Assembly (NCBI GenBank): GCA_945882995.1
Contig: CAMCXE010000001.1
Span: forward strand, 2,084-66,083
Direction of reading: 5' to 3'
Origin: Thalassocella blandensis
Lineage (GTDB): Bacteria; Pseudomonadota; Gammaproteobacteria; Pseudomonadales; Cellvibrionaceae
Length of the DNA: 64,000 nt
A program made the position numbers and the translations under genes. Shown here piece by piece: positions 27,764 through 36,138 of this stretch (the stretch's first letter is position 1; the number at the start of each line of letters is the position of its first letter). Below the pieces are notes generated by a model. That model made no database searches, had not been told where the DNA came from, and was given only the letters and a program-made list of their open reading frames with translations.

Positions 27764-29467
27764 ATGAGCACCTCCTCGTCAAGTCCGTTTGAGGCCATAA
27801 AACGCCAGATCGACCGTGCCGCCACCAATCTCATTGAGCAGCGCACAGGAGGTGGTGCCGGTGAAGAGGATGAAATTGCCGTCCTCTTCACCGGCAACTG
27901 GCACGACTCCATACCACGTCGCTTGATTGTTGATGATGTGTTGTCGCCGGTTGAAAAAATTACTTGGCAGGTTATCCGGCTCTCCGTGGTCAACCCATCG
28001 CAGCCGGGGTCGGCTCCGCGCCGTGCCGACCTTGCCAGACATATCAATTGCTCAGCCCCTACCGTCACCAACTCACGCAACATGCTGCGCATTCAACGCT
28101 GGATGACCTTCTGTAAGGCCGTGCGCAAGCAAGGGCGGTTTGTGGGTGAAATCTACCTATTACATGATGAACCGTTTTCACTGGCCACCACCCTTGAGGT
28201 CGATCCGTCTTACATTGAGTTTCTGGAGAAGACTGCTAGCAATGGCAACAAAAATAGCTCACTGCGCAAAGCCGCTGCTACCGAGCTAAAAGCCATTGAT
28301 GCCTTGCGTGGCGACATCAAGCCAGTCAACGAAGTTGAACAAATCGTCAATCGCATTAGTTGGGTGACCGCTAGAGAAATTGGTTACGGCGCGGGGCCGG
28401 GTAATGAGGACACTCCTGAGTCTCACCATGGAAAGATTCTTTCTATGGTGAGCAACCCTGCCAGCACCACGCCATTGGTTAATAAAAAACCTGATCAGGC
28501 TGCAACCAAGGAAACACCGCACCATGGAAAGATTCTTTCCATGGTTGAAGTTGATCAAAAAACGCTCCAGAGCAAAATTCTTTCTCCGGTGAACACCCCG
28601 GAAAATCACCAGAGAAAGAATCTTTCCATGGTGGAAAATGACCAGAGCAAGATTCTTTCCATGGTGGAAAAGTCAGTTAGTCAGTTGGTTTGTAGTAGTA
28701 GTTTATATATAAATAAAAATATTAATGCGCAGGCGGGCGCACACATGCAGGCGCACACAGGCACGCAGGCGCTCGTGCGCGTAGATGAGGCAATTGAAAT
28801 TCAGTCACCGCAGGTCGATCAGCTTGAGCAATTCGATCAAGTCGAGTTATGCGATCTGGACGAGTTTGAGGCCGACATGCTGGCGGCAGAGCGGGGTTTT
28901 GCTGAACTGGAATCACCAGCGGACACGGGTGGCCATCCAGCCAGCGCAGCCCGCAAAACCGGGGAGGAGGGATTTGACGCGGAAACCTTCGAGGATTTGA
29001 TGGATTACCGCCCGCAACACGCCCACTACGAAGACTTGGAATTGCTCGTAAAAACCTACTTGCCCGATATTGCCAGCCCTCGGATCAGTGAGTATGTGCG
29101 GTATTTGCTGGTGACACGTAAGGCTCAGATTCCGCGCATAGCGAGAATGGTTAAGCCTTTGCCGCCGCTGTACCGTAGGCACGTATTGTTTCAGCTGGTG
29201 AGCAAAGCAGCAGCGGATCGCAATGGTTGGTCGAAGGTCGAGCTGGGAAATTTAGCTAGCTACTGCGGCGCCCTCGTTGCAAGCCTGAAGCGCGGCGATT
29301 TTTACATGGACGAATTTGCCACCACATTGCTCGAAGCCGTTGTGGCAGACCGCGAGCCGTACATTCCGACCACAGCTGAAAAACGCGAGCAGTGGCAGTA
29401 CATGAACCTGCCGGACGGGCCGGATTATTACAAGGGGAAGCATTATGAGATTCCTGAGCAAGAGTAA
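27764..29467 (+). CDS. Putative island replication protein (STY4528-like), with embedded iteron / AT-rich module
   Basis: 567 aa. Position after parB and the DUF2857-like gene matches the SPI-7-family replication-protein slot. The middle of the gene carries five dyad-symmetric repeats and a 26-nt pure A/T tract. Confidence 0.45.
   Translation: MSTSSSSPFEAIKRQIDRAATNLIEQRTGGGAGEEDEIAVLFTGNWHDSIPRRLIVDDVLSPVEKITWQVIRLSVVNPSQPGSAPRRADLARHINCSAPTVTNSRNMLRIQRWMTFCKAVRKQGRFVGEIYLLHDEPFSLATTLEVDPSYIEFLEKTASNGNKNSSLRKAAATELKAIDALRGDIKPVNEVEQIVNRISWVTAREIGYGAGPGNEDTPESHHGKILSMVSNPASTTPLVNKKPDQAATKETPHHGKILSMVEVDQKTLQSKILSPVNTPENHQRKNLSMVENDQSKILSMVEKSVSQLVCSSSLYINKNINAQAGAHMQAHTGTQALVRVDEAIEIQSPQVDQLEQFDQVELCDLDEFEADMLAAERGFAELESPADTGGHPASAARKTGEEGFDAETFEDLMDYRPQHAHYEDLELLVKTYLPDIASPRISEYVRYLLVTRKAQIPRIARMVKPLPPLYRRHVLFQLVSKAAADRNGWSKVELGNLASYCGALVASLKRGDFYMDEFATTLLEAVVADREPYIPTTAEKREQWQYMNLPDGPDYYKGKHYEIPEQE
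28424..28667. repeat. Five copies of a dyad-symmetric ~23-27 bp repeat (consensus CACCATGGAAAGATTCTTTCCATGGTG); iteron candidates
   Basis: Copies at 28424-28450, 28520-28546, 28571-28591 (degenerate), 28613-28634 and 28646-28667. CCATGGAAAGA-T-TCTTTCCATGG is a perfect palindrome in copy 2. Confidence 0.85.
28689..28727. other. AT-rich tract (26 consecutive A/T at 28702-28727) inside a coding region; candidate DNA-unwinding element
   Basis: TTTATATATAAATAAAAATATTAAT in an otherwise balanced-GC gene, immediately 3' of the iteron-like repeats and followed by a GC-rich block with 3x GCAGGCG (28728-28790). Confidence 0.6.
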
Positions 29468-29494
29468 AAAAATAACCAGTCTGGTTGGTGACCG

Positions 29495-29566
29495 GTGTGC
29501 AAAAAATAACCAGCTCGATAGCCTATCGAGGTGTGCAAAAAATAACCAGCTCGATAGCCTATCGAG
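29495..29566. repeat. Perfect 36-bp tandem direct repeat (2 copies plus partial flanking copies), each containing the 17-bp palindrome CTCGATAGCCTATCGAG
   Basis: GTGTGCAAAAAATAACCAGCTCGATAGCCTATCGAG at 29495-29530 and 29531-29566. A partial third copy (GTGTGCAA) lies at 29567 and a partial earlier copy (AAAAAATAACCAG) at 29467-29479. Confidence 0.9.
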
Positions 29567-29575
29567 GTGTGCAAT

Positions 29576-29731
29576 ATGACATCCGATGACAGTAAGGCGG
29601 CGGCGATATTTGAGATAGCTTTCTCGGAATTTCGTGACCCGCGCAGCTTGGAGGTGCCGCAAGGGTGTGCTGGATGCGATGAAAGGCACCGATTGATTAA
29701 TGAGTACGCGGGCAAGAATCTTAGTGAATAA
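29576..29731 (+). CDS. Small unannotated ORF (51 aa), below the ORF-track cutoff
   Basis: MTSDDSKAAAIFEIAFSEFRDPRSLEVPQGCAGCDERHRLINEYAGKNLSE. GAGG lies 10 nt upstream of the ATG. Ends 17 nt before the next gene. Confidence 0.3.
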   Translation: MTSDDSKAAAIFEIAFSEFRDPRSLEVPQGCAGCDERHRLINEYAGKNLSE

Positions 29732-29748
29732 CTTTTTGAGGAATTTCT

Positions 29749-30720
29749 ATGAGTGACGATTGGAACCAGCCGGGACAAAGCGACCCTATTTCTGGACCTG
29801 GCACTGTGAATATGACTCCAGGCAAGCTCAGCATGAAGGCTGAGGTAAAGTTTCATAGCCGTTTAGCGATCAACCTGTTTCGGGGTCGCAAGGCTGATCC
29901 GGCCAAGGGTATTCGACCCATCATTGGTTTGGCTCGGTTTGCTCAGCAGTCAGCGCAGGTGTGGTCATCAGCTAGTCGTGATGACCCTATGGCGGATATG
30001 ATTTTGATACGAATTGAGGAGGCGCACGATGCGGCTGAGTTGTTGCTGAAAAACTGTCTTGCGGTGGCGGAGGGGATGCTGGAGTCGCTCAATGGTTTTT
30101 CCATTGATGTTGAGGAGAGTATTCGGCCCGTAAGTTTGGAGCTGAAGTTCTATTCGCCTTGGGCATGGAAAGGCGCATTGCTTCTAAAAAAATACGATGA
30201 ATTGGTTCGCGCTAGTCTCACCGCCCGACACATGGGTTTATTGACTTCCGAAGACTGGACAAAAACCATTAACTCTACCGGTACTGCCATACGTCATATG
30301 TTTGTGCAGGCTGATGCGTTTGTCATGACCCCTCTCAAGCGGAGCAACTTCACGCGCACCAAGAAAGCGGTGGAGAAAAAATATGCCGAGCGGAAACGTG
30401 CGTTTTTGTATGTGCCGCGTGAAGTATTGATTGGCGAACTTCGTGCGAAGCTCTCACCGCCTATTAAAAAATATGAACAGATTGAGCGTGAGGAGCGGGC
30501 TTTGGAGCGACAGGAGGATGATCGTCGCCGCGCCATTGCTAGGGCGGAGAGTGGGGTTGTGGTAGCAAGGCCCAGCTGGATAAGTGCCAGAGATACCATA
30601 ACAACGGACGCTAGGGTTACTGAGGTCACGGGTAGTACAGCCGACAATGTGGCGGGTAGTATTGTCAGTGACAACATTGAAAATATGATTAACGCGACCT
30701 CCAATACAGGAGCACCATGA
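29749..30720 (+). CDS. Hypothetical ICE protein (PFL_4669 / TIGR03761-like by position)
   Basis: 323 aa with a GAGGA SD. The family call is tentative and based on remembered gene order (PFL_4669-like, DUF3158, ssb, topoisomerase). Confidence 0.4.
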   Translation: MSDDWNQPGQSDPISGPGTVNMTPGKLSMKAEVKFHSRLAINLFRGRKADPAKGIRPIIGLARFAQQSAQVWSSASRDDPMADMILIRIEEAHDAAELLLKNCLAVAEGMLESLNGFSIDVEESIRPVSLELKFYSPWAWKGALLLKKYDELVRASLTARHMGLLTSEDWTKTINSTGTAIRHMFVQADAFVMTPLKRSNFTRTKKAVEKKYAERKRAFLYVPREVLIGELRAKLSPPIKKYEQIEREERALERQEDDRRRAIARAESGVVVARPSWISARDTITTDARVTEVTGSTADNVAGSIVSDNIENMINATSNTGAP

Positions 30721-30721
30721 T

Positions 30722-31414
30722 ATGAATTACGCGAACACTCACAAGACTGATGTCAATTACAGAAACACTATGGTTAGTGACGCGGCGCATCCTTTAAAGG
30801 GCTTTTTAATGGATAAGGGGGAGCGCACCTCTTTACGCTTAATGTGCGAGCTTGAGCGGCGAACCAAGCTCATTGGTCGCGCCATGCAAGCGCTCAGTGA
30901 TGAGCATGCGCGCATAGCGAATGAATTTGGATGTGACTACTTGCGACTGTATTGTCTGCGTCAAGATCGTTACTGTACGGGCGTTGGACGCGGCAATAAC
31001 CGGTTAGATCCACGCATTGTGGATTTTGGATTAAAAGACAGCCTTGCACTGGTGTGGCTGGCCAATCCGGTGTTATGCAGGCGTAGTGGTAATAAGCTTA
31101 AAAGTTCGCGCCGACTGTCTCCGTTCTCACCGGATCAGAAAGATTTTGAGGTGGTCAGCCAAATATTGCGCGAGGATGCACCGGATTACTATCTCACTAT
31201 TGCGGCAGTGGAGACGATTAGGATCTCGCTGAACAGTAGCTTCAAAGCCCTCCGTAATTTAACCGTGGATGCCATGAAGGTGAATTACGAAGCTGGGCTG
31301 AAAGAGATGCCGGAATTTTCATCGGCAACAATGAAGGCTAGTGAAAAATTGTTTCAGGTGCTGGATCCAACCGGCGAGACGGCAATGACCATGCGCGGTT
31401 TATTTTCCTGCTAA
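30722..31414 (+). CDS. Hypothetical ICE protein (DUF3158-like by position)
   Basis: 230 aa. Start is 1 nt after the upstream stop. Confidence 0.4.
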   Translation: MNYANTHKTDVNYRNTMVSDAAHPLKGFLMDKGERTSLRLMCELERRTKLIGRAMQALSDEHARIANEFGCDYLRLYCLRQDRYCTGVGRGNNRLDPRIVDFGLKDSLALVWLANPVLCRRSGNKLKSSRRLSPFSPDQKDFEVVSQILREDAPDYYLTIAAVETIRISLNSSFKALRNLTVDAMKVNYEAGLKEMPEFSSATMKASEKLFQVLDPTGETAMTMRGLFSC

Positions 31415-31561
31415 GACGCTCATTGGAGAATAGTGGTTGGATTGGTGTAATCGCACTGGTTGAGGTCGAATTGTTGGTTGTGAATCGAATTCAACGCTAT
31501 AGACTTAACACTGTAGAACCGAGTGACTCCGTGTTTTACAGTCCTAGAGTTAAGTTGACTT

Positions 31562-31584
31562 GGGGTGCTTAGCACCCCTTTTTT
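31562..31584 (+). terminator. Rho-independent terminator
   Basis: GGGGTGC-TTA-GCACCCC followed by TTTTTT. Confidence 0.75.
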
Positions 31585-31595
31585 ATGGTTGGTGC

Positions 31596-31820
31596 ATGAT
31601 GAATAGTGATGCTGAATTTACTGAGTTGCGCGAATCGCGCTTGGCTGATGAGTGGAACCAGAAGTATCGGGTTGGCGCTCATGTGGAGTTTGTGAAGGAT
31701 TCGGGTGAGGTAGTCAAAACCCGCACCTCTTCAGAGGCGCATGTTTTATGTGGGCAAGCGGTGATTTTGTTGTCCGGGTTTAAGGGGTGTTGCTCATTGT
31801 CGGCGGTAAAAAAACGCTAA
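31596..31820 (+). CDS. Small hypothetical protein
   Basis: Start moved to ATG 31596 because the track start (31560) lies inside the terminator hairpin. 74 aa, beta-rich (VGAHVEFVKDSGEVVKTRT...). Confidence 0.4.
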   Translation: MMNSDAEFTELRESRLADEWNQKYRVGAHVEFVKDSGEVVKTRTSSEAHVLCGQAVILLSGFKGCCSLSAVKKR

Positions 31821-31923
31821 GTTTTAACCAAATATTGAGTGTCACAAAAAGCAATTTGATGATACTTAATCCGCCTTAAAACAATTATTTTATAACCTCA
31901 ATCCAGTCAATATTGAGGTTTGT

Positions 31924-32487
31924 ATGAGCACCCTAGGTAACCTGCAGCGCTTTAATGAACTACTGAGCAGCCACGACTCGGCCCCACTTTATACCTTCTT
32001 GTACTCCCTAACGATTGAAGACCTGATCGTGCTGTTTCAGGAGGTGGGCATCGAGGTTACGAATTCAGCTGAGCTAAAAAAGGTCTTGGTGTCGGTAGCG
32101 TCTGATGACTTGGTGGAGCTTCGACTATCCATGAGGCAGCCACAACCAAAGCTATCCATTCCGTTATTGCAGGCGCAGCCAGTAAGTCGGGCGTCACCCT
32201 CGCGACCCAAAACCGCGTCACCTGAAGCCTATAACACCTATGTAGACAAAATTAACATGGCAGCCACCAGGGCGGTGAAAATGCCTAATCGCCAGGAGGG
32301 GGTAAAGCTCTGTAAAACACTGTTAGCCCGGCTAGATCATCTGAAGCTGGTAAAACGCGAACCGGGCGGTGAATACCGCCGGACTGAGTATGTGACTGCC
32401 ATCGAGTTACGGCTGCGCCGATTCTTGCGTGACAACGAGTTTGAGAGTGTGGCCATCATTGACGAAGAGTTGGCGGCACTGGCCTAG
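31924..32487 (+). CDS. Hypothetical protein
   Basis: 187 aa. The SD (GAGG) is embedded in a 9-bp hairpin, 31894-31902 / 31912-31920. Confidence 0.5.
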   Translation: MSTLGNLQRFNELLSSHDSAPLYTFLYSLTIEDLIVLFQEVGIEVTNSAELKKVLVSVASDDLVELRLSMRQPQPKLSIPLLQAQPVSRASPSRPKTASPEAYNTYVDKINMAATRAVKMPNRQEGVKLCKTLLARLDHLKLVKREPGGEYRRTEYVTAIELRLRRFLRDNEFESVAIIDEELAALA

Positions 32488-32643
32488 TGTGGCCTAGTGC
32501 AGTGTAAATGCCTCGCTATATTGCTCAGGCGGAAAACATTTTGTTGCTGGTTTACGCGCCAGCAAGTCTCTAGTGTTAAGTGGTAGGCACTGCCATTCAT
32601 TGGTATGTGCCGCCACAACAAACTAACGGGTGAGGGTGCGGCA

Positions 32644-33117
32644 ATGGCGCGTGGTGTCAATAAATTTACAGTGTTAGGACGGGTGGGTTCAGACCCAGTT
32701 TTAAAAGTGTTGCCAGCGGGCGGCAATGTGGTAAACCTGAGTATTGCCACCTCCTCAATATGGAAAGATAAGAAGACTGGCGAAAAGAAGGAAAGAACCG
32801 AGTGGCACCAGGTAGTACTGTTTAACCGCTTGGCTGACATAGCTTTCGAGTATGCCAAAAAAGGCCGCGAGGTTTATGTAGAGGGGCCACAACGAACCCG
32901 CTCTTGGAAGGACAAGCAGGGTGAAACTCGCTACCAGACAGAAACCGTTGCTTCGGATTTTCAATTGCTGGGCAGTAATCCCAATGCTTCTGAGCAAACG
33001 CAAAATAGCGCAGCGAGTGAATCCCCTCCTGGCTATGGTGTTGATCCTGATTTTGCCAATGATTTTGCCAATGACACACAGCTGGAATATTTTCCGGATG
33101 ATGAGATCCCGTTTTAG
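32644..33117 (+). CDS. ssb: Single-stranded DNA-binding protein
   Basis: MARGVNKFTVLGRVGSDPVLK...TEWHQVVLFNRLADIA OB-fold signature and the acidic C-terminal tip DDEIPF. Confidence 0.9.
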   Translation: MARGVNKFTVLGRVGSDPVLKVLPAGGNVVNLSIATSSIWKDKKTGEKKERTEWHQVVLFNRLADIAFEYAKKGREVYVEGPQRTRSWKDKQGETRYQTETVASDFQLLGSNPNASEQTQNSAASESPPGYGVDPDFANDFANDTQLEYFPDDEIPF

Positions 33118-33119
33118 AG

Positions 33120-33620
33120 ATGGTGGGACTCAAGTTGGTCATGGTGGATAGGTATCACAAGGGTCGCGTTCGGCCTTACGCTGAAGCAGCGGCCCTCAAC
33201 GTCATTGATAAACGTGTGGCAAAACTGGTTGAGATTCTCAATTGCGAGGGTGTCATCTACACCCGAGGCAGTTGCCAGGGGCATGGTTTTCCTTTTGTAA
33301 GAGTGCCTCCCTATGTGTCATTCAAAACCAGTGCGGCTATCGCACTGGCCTTCGACACTAGGCTCCAACAACTGTACGCGTCCTCAGTGGAGAAGCTGCA
33401 TTATTGTTGGAGGATAAAAATCAGTATCGACGACGATGGTAGCCTCACTTATGTGTTAGGAATCCCAGATTTATCATCGGGTAAATTGTGGTATGCCTTG
33501 CGGTATTGTATTGACCGGGATTTTCAATTGATTGGCTCTGCCGCTCAAACACTCCTTCAGCTTTTAAATTACCAGAACTCCGAAGTGGTGAGCCAAGTAA
33601 GTCAGTGCAATCATACCTAA
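33120..33620 (+). CDS. Hypothetical protein
   Basis: 166 aa ORF starting 3 nt after ssb. Confidence 0.45.
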   Translation: MVGLKLVMVDRYHKGRVRPYAEAAALNVIDKRVAKLVEILNCEGVIYTRGSCQGHGFPFVRVPPYVSFKTSAAIALAFDTRLQQLYASSVEKLHYCWRIKISIDDDGSLTYVLGIPDLSSGKLWYALRYCIDRDFQLIGSAAQTLLQLLNYQNSEVVSQVSQCNHT

Positions 33621-33758
33621 CAACAGGAGAACTAAAGTTATCTGTGCTTTTTGTTCACCGCGTCTTACACCAAACGGATCTTTTGAATTGCAATTATTAC
33701 AGTCTGTTGCGGTTGGGCTAAGCCCTTTGCCGCAGTCTACACATTGAGTAAGTGCCAT
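33564..33758 (-). CDS. Small zinc-ribbon plus TM protein (tentative)
   Basis: CVDCG...CNNC zinc-ribbon pattern followed by a hydrophobic helix. Convergent, with a 57-nt overlap onto 33120-33620. Confidence 0.3.
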   Translation of the reverse strand: MALTQCVDCGKGLSPTATDCNNCNSKDPFGVRRGEQKAQITLVLLLLGMIALTYLAHHFGVLVI

Positions 33759-33985
33759 AAATATTTTCCTGCTGTTGACCGCTGAATATTGAGTTGAACC
33801 CAGGTGTACAACCCTAACGCTCGGTTACAGCTGCTTACCGCAGCAACCTTACAGAGTTGGTTGTAAATTGCGCACAGCAATAACCGATTAACGCTGGATG
33901 GCGTGATCCTTACCGCATAGTGTTGGGTATCGCGCATTTTATTGGAATCGACTCATGGGTAACAGTACAGGCAGAGGGTGTAGTC

Positions 33986-35887
33986 ATGAGTAAGACGTTA
34001 TTTGTGGTGGAGTCACCTAACAAGGCCAAGTCCATTAAAAAATATTTCCCTGAATTTACCGTGGTGGCCACGGTTGGGCATTTTCGGGATTTGCCGGTTG
34101 ACCGGCTGGGTGTGGATGAAATCACCCATAAGCCAGAATACGTCACCATGCACGACAAGACCGAAGTGGAAATAAAACTGCGAGCCGCCGCCAAGGATGC
34201 TGACACCATCATCTTGGCCACTGACCCGGATCGTGAAGGGGAGGCCATTGCCGCCCATGTGGCTAATTGTTTAGGGGATAAATACAAAACCCGAACCTCT
34301 CGGATCACTTACGTTGAAGTGAGCCAAAAAGCCATTACCGAAGCCTTGACCAAAAAACGCAATATTGATTGGTCATTAGTGCGCGCCCAAGAAGCGCGCC
34401 GGGTGATTGATCGGTATGTGGGTTATTTGGTATCGCCCGTCTTGTCGGATAAATTACGCAAAGTTAAAGCGGGCATTCCCTACCTATCTGCCGGTCGTGT
34501 GCAGACCGTCGCGGTTAAATTAGTCGTTGAGCGCAGCACAGAAATTCGCAATTTTAAGCCAGTAGAGCATTACGCTGTGGTGGCAAAACTGCGCCATGGC
34601 GCCGTAGGATTTTTGGCTTTCTGGCAACCACCGGGGGACACTGGAAGATCGGCATTGGTGACGGTAAAGGCGCAGGCGGAGGATGTAAAAAACCGCACCT
34701 CGGTACTCTGGGCAGTCTCTGTAGTGAAGCGCGCAGTGAGCGAAGCGCCACCCAAACCCCTCACCACCAGTAGCTATTTAAAAATGGTATCCGGGCGTTT
34801 TAAGTTGACCACTAAAAATGCCATGAGTGTGGCCCAGAAATTATTCGAGCAGGGTTTAATTACCTATCACCGTACCGACAGCCCCATGATGGCGCCGGAT
34901 TTTGTGGCAAAAATTCGCGCTTTTGCGGCGGGGCATCAATTGCCCTTGCCAGCCAAAGCCCGCGAGTACAAAGCCAAGGATAACGCCCAGGAAGGCCACG
35001 AATGTTTACGGGTCACTGATATTGGGATGACGCAGATTTATGCGGGAGATCCACTGACGGAAGCGGTGTACCACGCCATTTGGCAGATCACCTTGGAATC
35101 ACAACTGGCGGATGCCGAGGATGAGCAAACGATCATTACTTGGAAAAACCCCCATCAAGACGCCTTTGTATCCAAAGGCAAGGTGCAAAAAAAAGCAGGC
35201 TGGCGTAGTGCCCGCAATCTTGTGACACTGAACAAAAACACTCACGGGGGAAAGCACAGCGAGGACGCTGAACAAGACAACAGCGAGGACGCTGAAAAAA
35301 CCGGGGGGGAAAACACACAGGAGAATCAACAACTACCCATCATTCAGGAGTCGTTGCAATTGCAGCCGGAGACTGTGGAATTACTCACCAAACAAACCAA
35401 ACCGCCAGCGTTTTACAATGAAAAAACCCTGGTGGAAATGCTGGAAAAATTAGGCATCGGCAGGCCAAGCACCTACGCTTCCATTATCGAAACCATCGTC
35501 AACAAAGCCTATGTCACCCGCGATGCTAAATCGCTAAGATTGGAGCCTACCAGTGCTGGTAGCGCGATAGTATGCGTATTGGACGGCGGTTTTTCATTTA
35601 CAGAATATGCCTACACTTCAGCGCTTGAAGAACTATTTGATCAGATCGCCAATCGCAAAATAGATTACCTCACCGTGGTGAATACCGCGCACAAATCCAT
35701 TACGGAGGAGATTGAAGATTTTGCCAAGGCGACGCTTTCGCCTGAGGCGCAAGCATTAACTCAAGCCATTACCCTGAACAGCCAAGCCCAGTCTTCGTCT
35801 ACACAGGCAAAGAGTGGATCTAAAAGTAAAACCAAAACAAAAGCCACTAGCACCGCGAAAGCCAAATCTGGCAAGGGGAAAGCGTAA
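33986..35887 (+). CDS. Type IA DNA topoisomerase (TopA-like core, no C-terminal zinc fingers)
   Basis: Toprim start LFVVESPNKAKSIKKYF, DPDREGEAIA, and the active-site region ITYHRTDS. Lys-rich C-terminal tail. Start placed at ATG 33986. Confidence 0.85.
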   Translation: MSKTLFVVESPNKAKSIKKYFPEFTVVATVGHFRDLPVDRLGVDEITHKPEYVTMHDKTEVEIKLRAAAKDADTIILATDPDREGEAIAAHVANCLGDKYKTRTSRITYVEVSQKAITEALTKKRNIDWSLVRAQEARRVIDRYVGYLVSPVLSDKLRKVKAGIPYLSAGRVQTVAVKLVVERSTEIRNFKPVEHYAVVAKLRHGAVGFLAFWQPPGDTGRSALVTVKAQAEDVKNRTSVLWAVSVVKRAVSEAPPKPLTTSSYLKMVSGRFKLTTKNAMSVAQKLFEQGLITYHRTDSPMMAPDFVAKIRAFAAGHQLPLPAKAREYKAKDNAQEGHECLRVTDIGMTQIYAGDPLTEAVYHAIWQITLESQLADAEDEQTIITWKNPHQDAFVSKGKVQKKAGWRSARNLVTLNKNTHGGKHSEDAEQDNSEDAEKTGGENTQENQQLPIIQESLQLQPETVELLTKQTKPPAFYNEKTLVEMLEKLGIGRPSTYASIIETIVNKAYVTRDAKSLRLEPTSAGSAIVCVLDGGFSFTEYAYTSALEELFDQIANRKIDYLTVVNTAHKSITEEIEDFAKATLSPEAQALTQAITLNSQAQSSSTQAKSGSKSKTKTKATSTAKAKSGKGKA

Positions 35888-36105
35888 TGACCACTGAGAG
35901 CACTGATGAATCCATCAAGCAAGACATTGAAGGCTTGGTTACTTATCGGTTAGTGGGTCATGCGGATATGCCTGCAGACCAATGCCCGCGTTGCGGTACC
36001 GGCAAAATACATACGCAAATTCTTGAGACGGGTGTGAATGCGGGAAAGCTATTTATGGGTTGCAAGCGGTTTCCAAACTGCCGCTATTTTAATTGGGTGC
36101 ATTAA
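35887..36105 (+). CDS. Stand-alone topoisomerase-type C4 zinc-finger protein
   Basis: CPRCGTGKIH...GKLFMGCKRFPNCRYFNW resembles the zf-C4 topoisomerase motif. Its ATG overlaps the topoisomerase TAA by 1 nt (TAATG). Confidence 0.6.
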   Translation: MTTESTDESIKQDIEGLVTYRLVGHADMPADQCPRCGTGKIHTQILETGVNAGKLFMGCKRFPNCRYFNWVH

Positions 36106-36138
36106 GCAAACGGGCTTTAAATGCCTGCAAATTTTTAA

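Noticed and set aside
28286-28609. 107-aa minus-strand ORF containing HGKNLSMV / HHRKNLSMV
   Set aside because: This is a mirror-image product of the palindromic iteron-like repeats: the reverse complement encodes almost the same peptide. It lies antisense within a long, well-supported gene.
29495-29566. 36-bp tandem repeat considered as a possible CRISPR array
   Set aside because: The units are directly adjacent with no spacers and there are only two full copies. This behaves as a tandem operator-like repeat, not a CRISPR array.
32484-33151. Minus-strand ORFs (124, 82, 106 aa) and a 76-aa plus-strand ORF overlapping ssb
   Set aside because: They overlap the high-confidence ssb reading frame and have no independent support.
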